A stretch of 64,000 nt of DNA, from the NCBI GenBank assembly GCA_030390025.1, contig CM059432.1, forward strand, positions 149,236,001 to 149,300,000. Direction: 5' to 3'. Numbering within the stretch: the stretch's first letter is position 1; each line of letters begins with the position of its first letter. Source of the stretch: Squalus acanthias (taxonomy: Eukaryota). A program made the position numbers and the translations under genes. The notes beneath the pieces were generated by a model. It was not told the DNA's origin and made no database searches. It saw nothing but the letters and a program-made list of their open reading frames with translations. Below are positions 35,400 through 50,000 of the stretch, in pieces.

Positions 35400-38300
35400 G
35401 GTTTACATAGGATATAGGGCACAGAAACAGGCCATTCGGCCCAACCAGTCCATGCCGGCGTTTATGCTCCACTCGAGCCTCCTCCCGTCTTTCCTCATCT
35501 AACTCTATCAGCATAACCCTCTATTCCCTTCTCCCTCATATGCTTGTCTAGCCTCCCCTTAAATGCATCTATACTATTCACTTCAACCACTCCCTGTGGT
35601 AGCGAGTTCCACATTATCACCACTCTTTGGGTAAAGAAGTTTCTTCTGAATTCCCTATTTGATTTCTTGGTGACTATCTTATATTGATGGCCTCTAGTTA
35701 TGCTCTTCCCCACAAGTGGAAACATTCTTTCTGTATCTACTCTATCGAAACCTTTCATCATTTTAAAGACCTCTATTAGGTCACCCCACAGCCTTCTTTT
35801 TTCAAGGGAAAAGAGACCCAGCCTGTTCATCATTTCCTGATATGTATACCCTCGCATTTCTGGTATCATCCTTGTAAATCTTCTCTGCACCCTCTCCAGT
35901 GCCTCTATATCCTTTCTATAATACGGCGACCAGAACTGTACGCAGTACTCCAAGTGTGGTCTAACCAAGGTTCGATACAGGTTTAGCATAACTTCCCTAC
36001 TTTTCAATTCTATCCCTCTAGAAATAAACCCTAGTGCGTGGTTTGCTTTTTTTATGGCTTTGCTAACCTGTGGCGCAACTTTTAGTGATTTGTATATTTG
36101 TACTCCGAGATCCCTTTGTTCCTCTACCCCACCTAGACTCGCACCCTCCAAGTGATAAAGTGACCTCCCCTATTCTTCCTACCAAAATGTAATACCTCAC
36201 ATTTATCTGTGTTGAACTTCATTTGCCAATTATATGCCCATTCTGCAAGTTTATTAATGTCCTCCTGTAATTTGCTGCAGTCCTCCTCAGTATTGACTAG
36301 CCCCCCCCTCCCTAATTTGGTGTCATCCGCAAATTTAGAAATTGTGTTTTTGATTGCTAAGTCTAAATCGTTAATATAAATTGTGAACAACAGTGGTCCC
36401 AGCACTGATCCTTGTGGAACACCACGACCCACCTTCTGCCACTGTGAATAGCTACTCTTTACTCCAACTCTCTGCTTTCTGTCCTGAAGCCAGCCAGCAA
36501 TCCATTCTGCTACTTGTCCCCTGACTCCGCATTCTCTGACCTTGTTCATGAGTCTATTATGGGGTAACTTATCGAAGGCCTTTTGAAAATCCAGATAAAT
36601 TACATCTACTGCATTAACCTTGTCGACTCTCTCGGTTACCTCTTCAAAAAATTCAATGAGGTTGGTCAAGCAAGACTTTCCCTTTTGAAATCCATGCTGA
36701 CTATTCATTGTTATATTTTTGGTTTCTAGATGTTCTTCTATTTTCTCCTTTAGTAGGGATTCCATTATTTTTCCTACCACCGATGTTAAGCTGACTGGTC
36801 TATAATTCCCTGGACATGTTCTATCCCCCTTCTTAAATATCGGTATTACGCTAGCTATCTGCCAGTCCTCTGGCATTAATGAATTATTAAATATGTGTAG
36901 TAATGCCTCTGCTATCTCTTCCCTAGAGCCTTTTAAAATGCGTGGATACAATCCATCCGGACCAGGGGTTTTATCCTCTTTGAGTTTGATTAGTTTATTT
37001 AATATATCCCCTTTTTTATTTTAAATGCACTTATCTCATTACTAATCTCATCATCCACCTATTCTATCTCCCTGGTAAATACTGAAGCAAAATAATTATG
37101 TAATATTTCTGCCATCTCTCTATCGTTACCTGTGGTATTGTCCTGAATATCCCTTAATGGCCCTATTCCCATCCCAACCTTTTTTTTTATTAATGTGCCT
37201 ATAAAATATTTTACTCTTTTGTTTTATGTTCCTTGATAATTTTATTTCATAGTTCCTCTTTGCCTCCCTAATTGTTTTTCTGACTTCTCTCCTAATCTTT
37301 TCGTATTCTCCCTTATCATGCACTCCCCTGCTGTCTATGTACTTAATGTATGCCTCTTTCCTTACCCTCAATTGTTCCCTTATGGCTTTATTCATCCATG
37401 GAGTCTCACTATTGTTTCGTTTGTTCTTTCCTTTTAGCGGAATATATTTTTCCTGCACTCTGTTGAACACCGTTTTAAATGTTTCCCATTGCTATTCTAC
37501 GTCATTGTTTGCCAATATTGTTGCCCATTTCCCCCCCCCCCCCCGAAGTTCTATTATCAGTCCCTCAAAGTTAGCTTTTCTCCAATCTATTAACCTGGTT
37601 TTCGTCATACTTATGTCCTTCTCTATTATCATCTTAAAGCGTATTATATTATGGTCACTATTGCCTATATGTTCCCCGACTTTTACTTCTCTTATCTGCT
37701 CTGGTTCATTCCCCATTACTAGATCCAATGGCGAATCCTCCCTTGTTGGGCTTTTTTACATATTGGGTTAGAAAGGAGTCCTGTACACATTGTAGGAACT
37801 CCATTCCCTTATCCCCTTTACCTAACCTCTTCTGTCCAATTAATATCGGGGTAGTTGAAATCCCCCATGATTATTTTTTACTCATTTCCCTAATTTGTCT
37901 GCATATTTCTTCCTCCACCTCCCTTCCTCTATTAGGTGGTCTGCAGACTACGCCTATTAGTGCGATTGATCCTTTATTATCTTTGATCTGTATCCATATG
38001 GATTCTATTTTTGTCTTGCTGATATCGGCGTCACTTTTTTCTACTGCCATTAATTTATCCCTAATAAGCACAGCTACTCCACCTCTCCTTTTTCCCTCTC
38101 TGTATTTTCTAAATATGTTATACCCTGCAATGTTTAATTCCCAGTCCTGATTTTTCTGTAGCCATGTCTCAGTAATCCCTACTATGTCTGATTCCTCGCA
38201 ACGCATGGTTGCCTCCAGCTCCCCTGTTTTATTACTGACACTGTGTGCATTGCTGTACAGACAGTTTAACTCATTTTTAATCGGATTTCCCCTCACTTTA

Positions 38301-39380
38301 TGTTTAACCATCATTTTAGACTCCTGTTCTATAACTCTATTTATTCCCTTGCCATCAATGTCCTCCCTTACTTTATTCTTTCCTACGCTCTCTTTTCCTC
38401 TTTAGGCTGTTTACGTTTTTTGTAGATCCCTCCCCCCATCTTACTGGTTTAAAGCCTTTGCCACCTCCCTATTTACCCTTTCCGCTAGGACACGGGTCCC
38501 ATCCCGGTTCAGGTGGAGCCCGTCCCATCGGTACAGCTCCTTCGTGTCCCAGAACTGGTGCCAGTGTCCCATGAAAAGGAACCCCTCTTTCCCACACCAG
38601 CCCTTTAGCCATGTGTTAATTATCCTGATCTGACTGTTTCTATGCCACTTTGCACATGGCTCGGGCAATAATCCAGAGATTATCACCCTCGAGGACCTGC
38701 TTTTTAATTTATATCCTAACTCCTGATACTCGTTGAGCAGGACCTCCTCCCTGTTCCTACCTATGTCGTTTGCTCCAACATGGACCATGACAACTGGATT
38801 TGCCCCCTCCCTTTCCAAGTTCTTCTCCAGCCGCCGTGAGATATCCCTTAACCTGGCACCGGGTAGGCAACACAGCCTTCAGGATTCTCGTTCTTGGCTG
38901 CAGAGGACGCTATCTATACCCCTAATTATAGAGTCCCCTATCACTACCACATTTCTATTCTGCTCTTCCCCCCCCTTGGACAGCCTTCTGAGCCACGGTG
39001 CCTTGGTCTGCATTGTGGCTGTCCTCCCTGCAGTCTTTCTCCTTGTCCTCACAGGTAGCGAGTACATCGTACCTGATGGACAGGACCAGTGTCTGCGGGA
39101 CCTCCTTCTCAACCTCTCCTAAATCCCCGCTACCCGTCTCCCTAGCAGTCACACCCTCCCCTTCCTGAACCTGTGCTTTCCTCTGGGGTGTGACTGGATT
39201 CTGGATAAAACTGTCCAGAAATTCCTCCCCCTCCCTTATGTGTCGGAGTGTCTCTAACTCGCACTCCAGCTCAATGACTGTGAGCCGGAGAGATTCGAGA
39301 TAGAGACATCTCCTGCAGATGTGTTCGCTCGGGACAGTCTCGCTGTCCACAAACTCCCACACACTGCAGTCCAGACAGTT
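35400..39380 (-). mobile_element. Nearly full-length CR1 LINE (ORF1 esterase + ORF2 APE-RT), frameshifted
   Basis: ORF1 pieces 39362-38441 (GDSIIRG, VHVGAND, WDGLHL); ORF2 pieces 38314-35495 ([28 protein letters not shown]); in MLH1 intron 12. Confidence 0.93.
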
Positions 39381-39726
39381 TCTTAAAATGCATTAAACCC
39401 ATTCTCCTAACCATCCACTCTCAACTGCAGGTTACTTTAGAATCACCTCCTTATTTAACTTGTCATTGCCACTGCTGCAATCAGACTATACATTCCCCAC
39501 ATTCCCAGCTCTCTTCATGGTTTAGCAGGTAACCGTCGCCCATGATGAAGTACTGAGCCCTACAGACAGAAAGGTCCCAGGCTCAATCTGGACCACGGTG
39601 TTTGAGCTGAGCTAGAGTGGTGGTGGGGTGCTGCGACTGGCCTCGGTGTCCCAGGGCTAAAGAGGAAAAATAAATCAACATCAAAATGAATCAAGTTTCC
39701 TGTTCCCAGTCACTACCCAATGGTCT

Positions 39727-39925
39727 GCGTGTCTGTGTCTGGGGGTGGGGGGTGTGTGTGTCTGTGTCTGGGTGGGGGGGGTGTGTGTGTCTGTGTGGGG
39801 GTGGGGGTGTGTGAGTGTGTCTGGGGGTGGGGGTGTGTGTGTGTGTGTGTCTGGGGATGGGGGGTGTGTGTCTGGGGTGGGAGTGGGGGTGTGTGTGTCT
39901 GTGTGGGGGTGGGGGTGTGTCTGAG
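39727..39925. repeat. GT/G-rich low-complexity tandem repeat
   Basis: Mixed (gt)n, gtct and (ggggg-t)n units. Confidence 0.9.
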
Positions 39926-40060
39926 TCTGTCAGGCTGAGCTGTGATGACCCGCTCGGTGTGAGGCCCAACAGAAGGATGCAACATTCCTGGGGCGCATCC
40001 TCTTATTCAGACACCATGCACAGGCTCCATCTTTCCATGGGAGGTCCTCTTAACCTACAT

Positions 40061-43000
40061 TAGGAACAGGAGGAGGCCATTGAGCCCCTCGAGCCTGTTC
40101 CGCCATTCAATGAGATCATGGCTGATCTGTGACCTAACTCCATATACCCGCCTTTGCCCCATATCACTTTGGTTACCAAAATTCTATCAATCTCAGATTT
40201 AAAATCTAGCATCAATTGCAGTTTGTGGAAGAGAGTTCCAAGCTTCTTCCACCATTTGTGTGTCGAAGTGTTTCCTAAATTCACTCCTGAAAGGTCTGGC
40301 TCTAATGTGTAGACTGGGTGCAAAGATAAACCCAGCAACTACAGGCCAGTCAGTTTGACCTCGGTAGTCGGGAAGCTTTTAGAAACAGTAATCAGGGACA
40401 AAATTAACAGTCACTTGGACAAGTGTGGATTCATTAAGGAAAGCCAGCATGGATTTGTTAAAGGCAAATCTTGTTTAACTAACTTGACTGAGTTCTTTGA
40501 GGAGGTAACAGAGAGGGTTGATGAGGGTAATGCGGTTGACATAGTGTATATGGATTTCCAATAGGCGTTCGACAAAGTGCCACATAATAGTCTTGCCAGC
40601 AAAGTTGAAGCCCATGGAATGAAAGGTACAGTGGCAGCATGGCTATGGAATTGGCTGAGTGACAGGAAACAGAGAGTAGTGGTGAACGGTTGTTTCTCAG
40701 ACTGCAGGAAGGTGTACAGTGGTGTTCCCCAGGGGTCGGTTCTAGGACCACTGCTTTTCTTGATATATATTAATGTCTTGAATGTGGGTGTACAGGGCAC
40801 AATTTCAAAATTTGCAGATGACACAAAACTTGAAAGTATAGTGAACAGTGAGGAGGAGAGTGATAGACTTCAAGAGGACACAGACAGGCTGGTGAAATGA
40901 GTGAACACGTGGCAGATGAAATTTAACGCAGAAAAGTGTGAAGTGATACATTTTGGTAGAAAGAATGAGGAGAGGACATATAAAATAAATGGTACAATCC
41001 TGAAGGGGGTGCACGAACAGAGACCTGAGGGTATGTGTGCACAAATCGTTGAAGGTAGCAGGGCAGGTTAAGAAAGCAGTTAAAAAGGCTTACGGGATCC
41101 TGGGCTTCATAAATAGAGGTATAGAGTACAAAAGTGTGGAAATTATGATGAACCTGTATAAAACACTGGTTCGGCCCCAACTGGAGTAGTGTGTCCAATT
41201 CTGGGCACCACACTTTAGGAAGGATGTTAAGGCCTTAGAGAGGGTGCAGAAAAGATTTACAAGAATGATTCCAGGAATGAGGGACTTCAGTTACGTTGAT
41301 AGACTGGAGAAGCTGGTGTTGTTCTCCTTGGAGCAGAGAAGATTGAGAGGAGATTTGATAGAGGTGTTCAAAATCATGAGGGGTCTGGACAGAGTAGATA
41401 GAGAGAAACTGTTCCCATTGATAGAAGGGTCGAGAACCAGAGGACACAGATTTAAGGTGATTGGCAAAAGAACCAAAGGTGACATAAGAATTTTTTTTTG
41501 ACTCAGCGAGTGGTGCGGATCTGGAATGCACTGCCTGAAAGGGTGGTGGAGGCAGATTCAATCACGGTTTTCAAAGGGGAATTTGGTAAGTATCTGAAGG
41601 AAAGAAATTTGCAGGGCTACGAGGGAAGGGCGGGGGAGTGGGACTAGTTGAAGTGCCCTTGCAGAGAGCCGGCACGGGCTCGACGGGCTGAATGGCCTTC
41701 TTCCATGCTATGCCCCCTAGTCCTAGAATCCCCAACCAGCGGAATAGTTTCTCTCTATCTACCCTATCAGTTCCCCTTAATATCTTGAAAACTTCAATCA
41801 AATCACCCCTTGGAGTCCGGGTATCATTCTGGTAAACCTACGCTGCACTCCCTCCAAGGCCAATATATCCTTCCTAAGGTGTGGTGCCCAGAACTGCTCT
41901 CAGTGCTCCAGGTGTGGTCTAACCAGGGCTTTGTATAGCTGCAGCATAACTTCTACCCCCTTGTATTCTAGTCCTCTAGATATAAAGGTCAGCATTCCAT
42001 TAGCCTTTTTGATTATTTTCTGTACCTGTTCATGACGTTTTAATGATCTATGTATCTGGACCCCCAAGTCTCTTTGGACCTTCACTGTTTTTAGCTTTTC
42101 ACCATTTAGAAAGTACCCTGTTCTATCCTTTTTGGGCCAAAGTGGATGACCTCACATTTGCCTGCATTGAAATCCATTTGCCACAGTTTTGCCCATTCAC
42201 TTAATCTATCAATATCCCTTTGTAATTTTATGCTTTCATCTACACTGCCTACAATGCCGCCTATCTTTGTATCATCAGCAAATCTGAATATATGACTCTT
42301 TATGCCGTCATCTAAGTCATTAATAAATATTGTGAATAGTTGAGGCCCCAACACAGATCCTCACGGGACACCACTAGTCACATGCTGCCAATTTGAGTAC
42401 CTGCCCATTGTCCCTACTCTCTGTCTCCTGCCGCTCAGCCAATTTCCTAACCAGCTCAATAATTTGCCTTGAATTCCATGAGCTTCAACCTTAGTTAACA
42501 GTCTCTTATGAGGGACTTTATCAAATGCCTTCTGGAAGTCCATATAAATAACATCCATAGACATTCCCCTGTCCACTACTTCAGTCACCTCTTCAAAAAA
42601 TTCAATCAGGTTTGTCAGGCATGACCTACCCTTTACAAATCCATGCTGGCTCTCTCTGATCAGCTGAAAATTTTCAAGGTGTTCAGTCACCCTATCCTTA
42701 ATTATAGACTCTAGTAATTTCCCGACAACAGATGTTAGGCTAACTGGTCGAAAACACCCTGGATTCCCTCTCTCGCCATTCTTAAATAGTGGAGTGACAT
42801 GCGCAATTTTCCAATCTGAAGGAACGGTTCCTGAATGGAGAGAACTTTGGAAGATTATAGTTAGGGCATCTGCAATGTGCTCACCTACTTCCTTTAAAAC
42901 CCTGGGATGGAAACCATCTGGTCCTGGGGATTTGTCACTCTTTAGTGCCATTACTGTTATTCTACTTACATTTATTTTATTGAGTCCCTGTCCCTGATTC

Positions 43001-44150
43001 AATATTAGTTTCCTTGGGATTTCTGGCACACTATCTTCCTCTACTGCAAATACTGATGCAAAGTAATTATTCAACATGTCCGTCATTTCCTTATCATTGA
43101 CAATATCAGCACTTTCAGTTTTCAATGGGCCCACATTGCTCCTGACCACCCTCGGTTTCCTAATATAATTGTACATTTTTTTTGTTGCTTTTGATATCCC
43201 TTGCAAGTTTCTTTTCATACTCCCTTTTTGTAGATCTTATCAGTTTTGTCGCCCTTTTGCTGTTCTTTGTATCGTTCCCATTCGCCAGGATCTGTGCTAT
43301 TTTTTGCATTTTTGGATGCTTTTTCTTTTAGTTTTATGCTGTCCCTCACCTCTTTAGTCATCCATGGCTGTTCTTTTTGGCAAGTAGAGCTCGTGCCCCT
43401 CAGGGGTATAAACTGGTTCTGTATCACGTTAATTTCTTTTTTGAACACCTCCCACTGATCTTCTGTCATTTTACCCATTAACAGATTTGCCCAGTTTACT
43501 GTGGACAGTCTCTTCTCATCCCACTGAAGTCGGCCTGACCCAAATCTAGTAGCTGTTTCACGTTTCTCCCTTTCAAACATTACGTTGAACTCGATCATGT
43601 TACGATCGCGATTAGATAAATGTTCGCGCACCGTTAGGCTGTTAACTCTATCTGGCTCATTACTCATTACTAAATCTAATATGGCCTGCCCCCTTGTTGG
43701 TTCTAGGACATACTGTTGCAGAAAACTATCCCGGACACACTCAAGAAATTCACTACCTTTCTGACATGTGGTCGTCTGCTTATCCCAATCTATATGAAAG
43801 TTAAAATCCCCCATTAAAACCACTTTGCCTTTACTACACGCTTGTCTAATCTCTGCATTTATACAATTTAGCACTTCACAGCTGCTACCAGGGGGGGCCT
43901 ATACGCAATTCCCACTACAGTCTTAAATCCTTTCCTATTTCTTAATTCTACCCATAAAGTCTCCACTGCCTGCTTACCTCTCGTTATATCCTCTCTTATC
44001 ATTGAAGTGATTCATCCTTAATCACTAAGGCTACTCCTCTCCCCCTCTTATCATTTTCCCTATCTTTCCTGTAGACCTTATAACCCGGTATATTTAGTTC
44101 CCAGTCCTGACCATCTTGCAGCCATGTCTCAGTAATGGCCACCACGTCAT
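40061..44150 (-). mobile_element. CR1 ORF2 + tail, interrupted by an opposite-strand CR1
   Basis: ORFs 43999-44346, 43215-43874, 42361-43218, 42106-42354; host resumes ...tagact|ctatgcccc across the insert; tail at 40061. Confidence 0.88.
40316..41706 (+). mobile_element. 5'-truncated CR1 nested in the above
   Basis: [27 protein letters not shown]; tail agagccggcacgggctcgacgggctgaatggcc. Confidence 0.88.
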
Positions 44151-44451
44151 ACCCTCCAAGTTGCATTTGAACTTTGCCTCCCCCACCCGCTAACATTTTC
44201 AAACTAAATAGTAAACAAAAGGCACTCTGCAGTGTGAAACTGTTCGTCACTTGTGTACAGATGGCAAGATATTCTGAGACCCTACACCAATGGTGGGACC
44301 TCGCCTTCAGCAGGCGAATAATGGGGGGAAAAAAAATCACAGGCACCGCACCTGCTGAATGCGAGGCCCTTCGAGTGGTGTAAGGCAGTGGGAAATGTTG
44401 TCCATAGGCTCAAACCACAACTTAGCCCCTCCAAGTCTGGCACCTTACGTA

Positions 44452-45165
44452 CACTCTCCATCGCTCACTCTCAACGCTCTCCATCGCTCACTCTCAACGC
44501 CCTCCATCGTTCACTCTCAACGCCCTCCATCGCTCACTCTCAACGCTCTCCATCGCTCACTCTCAACGCTCCCCATCGCTCACGCTCAACGCTCTCCATC
44601 GTTCACGCTCAACGCTCCCCATCGCGCACTCTCAACGCTCTCCATCGCTCACTCTCAACGCTCTCCATCGCTCACTCTCAACGCTCGCCATCGCGCACTC
44701 TCAACGCTCGCCATCGCTCACTCTCAACGCTCCCCATCGCTCACGCTCAACGCTCTCCATCGTTCACGCTCAACGCTCCCCATCGCGCACTCTCAACGCT
44801 CTCCATCGCTCACTCTCAACGCTCTCCATCGCTCACTCTCAACGCTCGCCATCGCGCACTCTCAACGCTCGCCATCGCTCACTCTCAACGCTCGCCATCG
44901 CGCACTCTCAACGCTCGCCATCGCTCACTCTCAACGCTCGCCATCGCTCACTCTCAACGCCCTCCATCGCTCACTCTCAACGCCCTCCATCGCTCACTCT
45001 CAACGCCCTCCATCGCTCACTCTCAACGCTCTCCATCGTTCACGCTCAACGCTCCCCATCGTTCACGCTCAACGCTCCCCATCGTTCACGCTCAACGCTC
45101 CCCATCGTTCACGCTCAACGCTCCCCATCGTTCACGCTCAACGCTCCCCATCGTTCACTCTCAAC
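44452..45165. repeat. 23-bp CpG-containing minisatellite, about 31 copies
   Basis: (tcgctcactctcaacgctctcca)n with variants. Confidence 0.96.
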
Positions 45166-45243
45166 CAGTCTCTATCTCCAAGGAATTTAACGCAAGAATG
45201 GTCAGAAATTCAGGGGCTTTCTGCCTCGACAGTTATCATTTAC

Positions 45244-45605
45244 CTGGAAGGGGCACTGGACGAGTCATCGTTACAAGGATCTAAGGGTTTCTCCACAGTC
45301 TCGGTCAAGCTCCCAGCCTCAGTTGAAGTCCCAGCCTCTTCCACAGCTAGTAAGGCAAAGTCACTTAAGTCCTCCATCTCGGAGTCCTGACACTTGGTCC
45401 CTCCAGCAGCAGAAGCATTGGCGGGCAGCCCCGCCTGTGGCCTGTTGACTGGCTGAAGGAAGGCGTCCATCTTCTGTTCCCTGGAGTCTGTCCGCACCAT
45501 CTGGTGAGCATATGGTTTGTCGCCGGAACCCTGAGCTGCAGACGATGATGTTGCCGAAGGTTTGACGAAGTCACTGGAGGATATGGCTGGGCCTGGCAGT
45601 AAAGT
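45244..45605 (-). CDS. MLH1: MLH1 exon 12 equivalent (linker)
   Basis: tcttag|ACTTTACTG...TCCAG|gtaaat; 362 nt, phase 0->2; TLLPGP...YAHQMVRTDSREQKMDAFLQP (conserved linker motif). Confidence 0.95.
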
Positions 45606-46084
45606 CTAAGAGGATTTAAAGATAAATTCCTGTTATATACTCGCATGTACAGAATTAGAAATACTTCTGCATCTACTTTATTGCTGGTGCCCAGTGTAAG
45701 TGACCACATAACACATTTAAATGAGCTTTTTCATATAAAACTCTCAAAATAGAGAACATCGCTCTCCGTGCAAGGTTATTATTTCGATTCACCACTTCTC
45801 AAACTATACAGAAATAATGCAGCCTATGATTTCTGATAATACTGATTAAAAAAAAAAGTAAGTTAACATATTTATTTCAAACAGGTGAACCATGATCAGA
45901 AAATCTAGGCTCGCGCTTTTAGTCAACATTTATATTTATTGTATTACTCAATCTGGAATGAGTCGAACTCACTGTGTGTTAAGGATTTTAATATCTGTAA
46001 CCCCTTTCACAAGGCAGGCCCACCTCAGGCCACAGACCTCACTGTCCTGACCCCAACACCAGCTCAGCCAGTCTCTGACTTTAC

Positions 46085-46552
46085 TGTCAGCTGTGTCTCA
46101 GTGGGTAGCACACTCGCCTCTGAGTCAGAAGGTTGTGGGTTCAAGTCCCACTCCGGGGACTTGAGCACATAAAGCTAGGCTGACACTCCCAGTGCAGTGC
46201 TGAGGGAGTGCTGCACTGTCGGAGGAGCCGTCTTTTGGATGAGATGTTAAACCGATGCCCCGTCTGCTCTCTCAGGTGGACGTAAAAGATCCCATGGCAC
46301 TATTTCGAAGAAGAGCAGGGGAGTTCTCCCCGGTGTCCTGGCCAATATTTATCCCTCAACCAACATCACTAAAACAGATTCTCTGCTCATTATCACATTG
46401 CTGTTTGTGGGAGCTTGCTGTGAGCAAATTGGCTGCCGCGTTTCCTACATTACAACAGTGACTACACTTCAAAAGTACTTCATTGGCTGTAAAGCGCTTT
46501 GAGACATCTGGTGGTCGTGAAAGGTGCTGTAGAAATGCAAGTCTTTCTTTCT
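46085..46552 (+). mobile_element. DeuSINE (SacSINE1-like), full length
   Basis: tRNA head with ggttcaagtccc B-box, Deu domain, (cttt)n tail. Confidence 0.9.
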
Positions 46553-47095
46553 TCCCACTGCCCCCAATCTCTCCCTTGTTCCCTCCAAGCCCCAAATATG
46601 CACAGAATCTCTGCTCCCTCCCCTCTGGTTTCAGAAAGGCACTGGCCGGCTCATTCGCACTCTCCTGGACTCAAACAAGCCCACTCATTCCTCCTTGGTC
46701 CAATGTCCCAAGCAGGACCGCTCCACGCTCCACCACTCCTGACTCAAACTTCACCATTCCAATCAGCCTTTCCGCCCCTCCACTCTCTCCCAGCTCCAGT
46801 CCTCCAACTCCCTCCTGCAAATGTGAAAATAGGATAGGCTGCCCCAGGCTCCCTGCTCCCAGAAAGATACAAGTGCCGAGAAATTGGTTTAGGAGAAAAA
46901 GTTTGATGCAAATAAAAGAGATAGAGGGGACATGGAAAGTTTTTATGAGTCAGAGAGAGAGGGAGAAAGAGCAGACTAGAAACAGAGGAACAGACAGCAA
47001 AACAAATGAAATTAGGGCAGTGATGGAACAACAGGGAAAGGAAATAGTCCATCAGCAATTAGAAGAAAACTCCAGGCCCTGAAGGTATTGATGAT

Positions 47096-50000
47096 AGTGA
47101 GCTGGAACAGGTGATGCGGAGAGTGAGCTGGACCAGGTGATGTGGAGACTGAGCTGGACCAGGTGATGTGGAGAGTGAGCTGGAACAGGTGATGTGGAGA
47201 GTGAGATGGACCAGGTGATGTGGAGAGTGTGAGCTGGACCAGGTGATGTGGAGACTGAGCTGGACCAGGTGATGTGGAGACTGAGATGGAACAGGTGATG
47301 TGGAGAGTGTGAGCTGGACCAGGTGATGTGGAGAGTGTGAGCTGGAACAGGTGATGTGGAGAGTGTGAGCTGGACCAGGTGATGTGGAGAGTGTGAGCTG
47401 GAACAGGTGATGTGGAGACTGAGCTGGACCAGGTGATGTGGAGAGTGTGAGCTGGAACAGGTGATGTGGAGACTGAGCTGGACCAGGTGATGTGGAGAGT
47501 GAGATGGACCAGGTGATGTGGAGAGTGTGAGCTGGAACAGGTGATGTGGAGAGTGTGAGCTGGACCAGGTGATGTGGAGAGTGTGAGCTGGACCAGGTGA
47601 TGTGGAGAGTGTGAGCTGGAACAGGTGATGTGGAGAATGTGAGCTGGACCAGGTGATGTGGAGAGTGAGCTGGACCAGGTGATGTGGAGAGTGAGATGGA
47701 CCAGGTGATGTGGAGAGTGTGAGATGGACCAGGTGATGTGGAGAGTGAGATGGACCAGGTGATGTGGAGAGTGTGAGATGGACCAGGTGATGTGGAGAGT
47801 GTGATGGACCAGGTGATGTGGAGAGTGTGAGCTGGACCAGGTGATGTGGAGAGTGTGAGATGGACCAGGTGATGTGGAGAGTGTGAGCTGGAACAGGTGA
47901 TGTGGAGAGTGTGAGATGGACCAGGTGATGTGGAGAGTGTGAGATGGACCAGGTGATGTGGAGAGTGTGAGATGGACCAGGTGATGTGGAGACTGAGATG
48001 GAACAGGTGATGTGGAGAGTGTGAGCTGGACCAGGTGATGTGGAGACTGAGCTGGACCAGGTGATGTGGAGAGTGAGCTGGACCAGGTGATGTGGAGACT
48101 GAGATGGAACAGGTGATGTGGAGAGTGTGAGCTGGACCAGGTGATGTGGAGAGTGTGAGCTGGAACAGGTGATGCGGAGAGTGAGCTGGACCAGGTGATG
48201 TGGAGACTGAGCTGGACCAGGTGATGTGGAGAGTGAGCTGGAACAGGTGATGTGGAGAGTGAGATGGACCAGGTGATGTGGAGAGTGTGAGCTGGACCAG
48301 GTGATGTGGAGACTGAGCTGGACCAGGTGATGTGGAGACTGAGATGGAACAGGTGATGTGGAGAGTGTGAGCTGGACCAGGTGATGTGGAGACTGAGCTG
48401 GACCAGGTGATGTGGAGAGTGTGAGCTGGACCAGGTGATGTGGAGAGTGTGAGCTGGAACAGGTGATGTGGAGACTGAGCTGGACCAGGTGATGTGGAGA
48501 GTGTGAGCTGGACCAGGTGATGTGGAGAGTGTGAGCTGGAACAGGTGATGTGGAGACTGAGCTGGACCAGGTGATGTGGAGAGTGAGATGGACCAGGTGA
48601 TGTGGAGAGTGTGAGCTGGAACAGGTGATGTGGAGAGTGTGAGCTGGAACAGGTGATGTGGAGACTGAGCTGGACCAGGTGATGTGGAGAGTGAGATGGA
48701 CCAGGTGATGTGGAGAGTGTGAGCTGGAACAGGTGATGTGGAGAGTGTGAGCTGGACCAGGTGATGTGGAGAGTGTGAGCTGGACCAGGTGATGTGGAGA
48801 GTGTGAGCTGGAACAGGTGATGTGGAGAATGTGAGCTGGACCAGGTGATGTGGAGAGTGAGCTGGACCAGGTGATGTGGAGAGTGAGATGGACCAGGTGA
48901 TGTGGAGAGTGTGAGATGGACCAGGTGATGTGGAGAGTGAGATGGACCAGGTGATGTGGAGAGTGTGAGATGGACCAGGTGATGTGGAGAGTGTGATGGA
49001 CCAGGTGATGTGGAGAGTGTGAGCTGGACCAGGTGATGTGGAGAGTGTGAGATGGACCAGGTGATGTGGAGAGTGTGAGCTGGAACAGGTGATGTGGAGA
49101 GTGTGAGATGGACCAGGTGATGTGGAGACTGAGATGGAACAGGTGATGTGGAGAGTGTGAGATGGACCAGGTGATGTGGAGAGTGTGAGATGGACCAGGT
49201 GATGTGGAGACTGAGATGGACCAGGTGATGTGGAGAGTGTGAGATGGACCAGGTGATGTGGAGAGTGTGAGATGGACCAGGTGATGTGGAGACTGAGATG
49301 GAACAGGTGATGTGGAGAGTGTGAGCTGGACCAGGTGATGTGGAGACTGAGCTGGACCAGGTGATGTGGAGAGTGAGCTGGACCAGGTGATGTGGAGACT
49401 GAGATGGAACAGGTGATGTGGAGAGTGTGAGCTGGACCAGGTGATGTGGAGACTGAGCTGAACCAGGTGATGTGGAGAGTGAGCTGGACCAGGTGATGTG
49501 GAGAGTGTGAGATGGACCAGGTGATGTGGAGACTGAGCTGGACCAGGTGATGTGGAGAGTGAGCTGGACCAGGTGATGTGGAGAGTGAGATGGACCAGGT
49601 GATGTGGAGACTGAGATGGACCAGGTGATGTGGAGACTGAGATGGACCAGGTGATGTGGAGACTGAGATGGAACAGGTGATGTGGAGACTGAGATGGAAC
49701 AGGTGATGTGGAGACTGAGATGGAACAGGTGATGTGGAGAGTGTGAGCTGGACCAGGTGATGTGGAGACTGAGCTGGACCAGGTGATGTGGAGAGTGAGC
49801 TGGACCAGGTGATGTGGAGACTGAGCTGGACCAGGTGATGTGGAGACTGAGATGGAACAGGTGATGTGGAGAGTGTGAGCTGGACCAGGTGATGTGGAGA
49901 CTGAGCTGGACCAGGTGATGTGGAGAGTGAGCTGGACCAGGTGATGTGGAGAGTGAGATGGACCAGGTGATGTGGAGACTGAGATGGAACAGGTGATGTG

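Noticed and set aside
39691..40063. His/Pro/Thr- and Val/Cys/Gly-rich ORFs
   Set aside because: Translations of the GT-rich low-complexity tract
44359..45390. 343-aa and 298-aa repetitive ORFs
   Set aside because: Products of the 23-bp repeat, open in several frames and antisense to MLH1 exon 12
46085..46160. tRNA gene candidates (also about 9430, 26330, 62190)
   Set aside because: tRNA-derived SINE heads that continue into Deu-domain bodies; no proper cloverleaf seen
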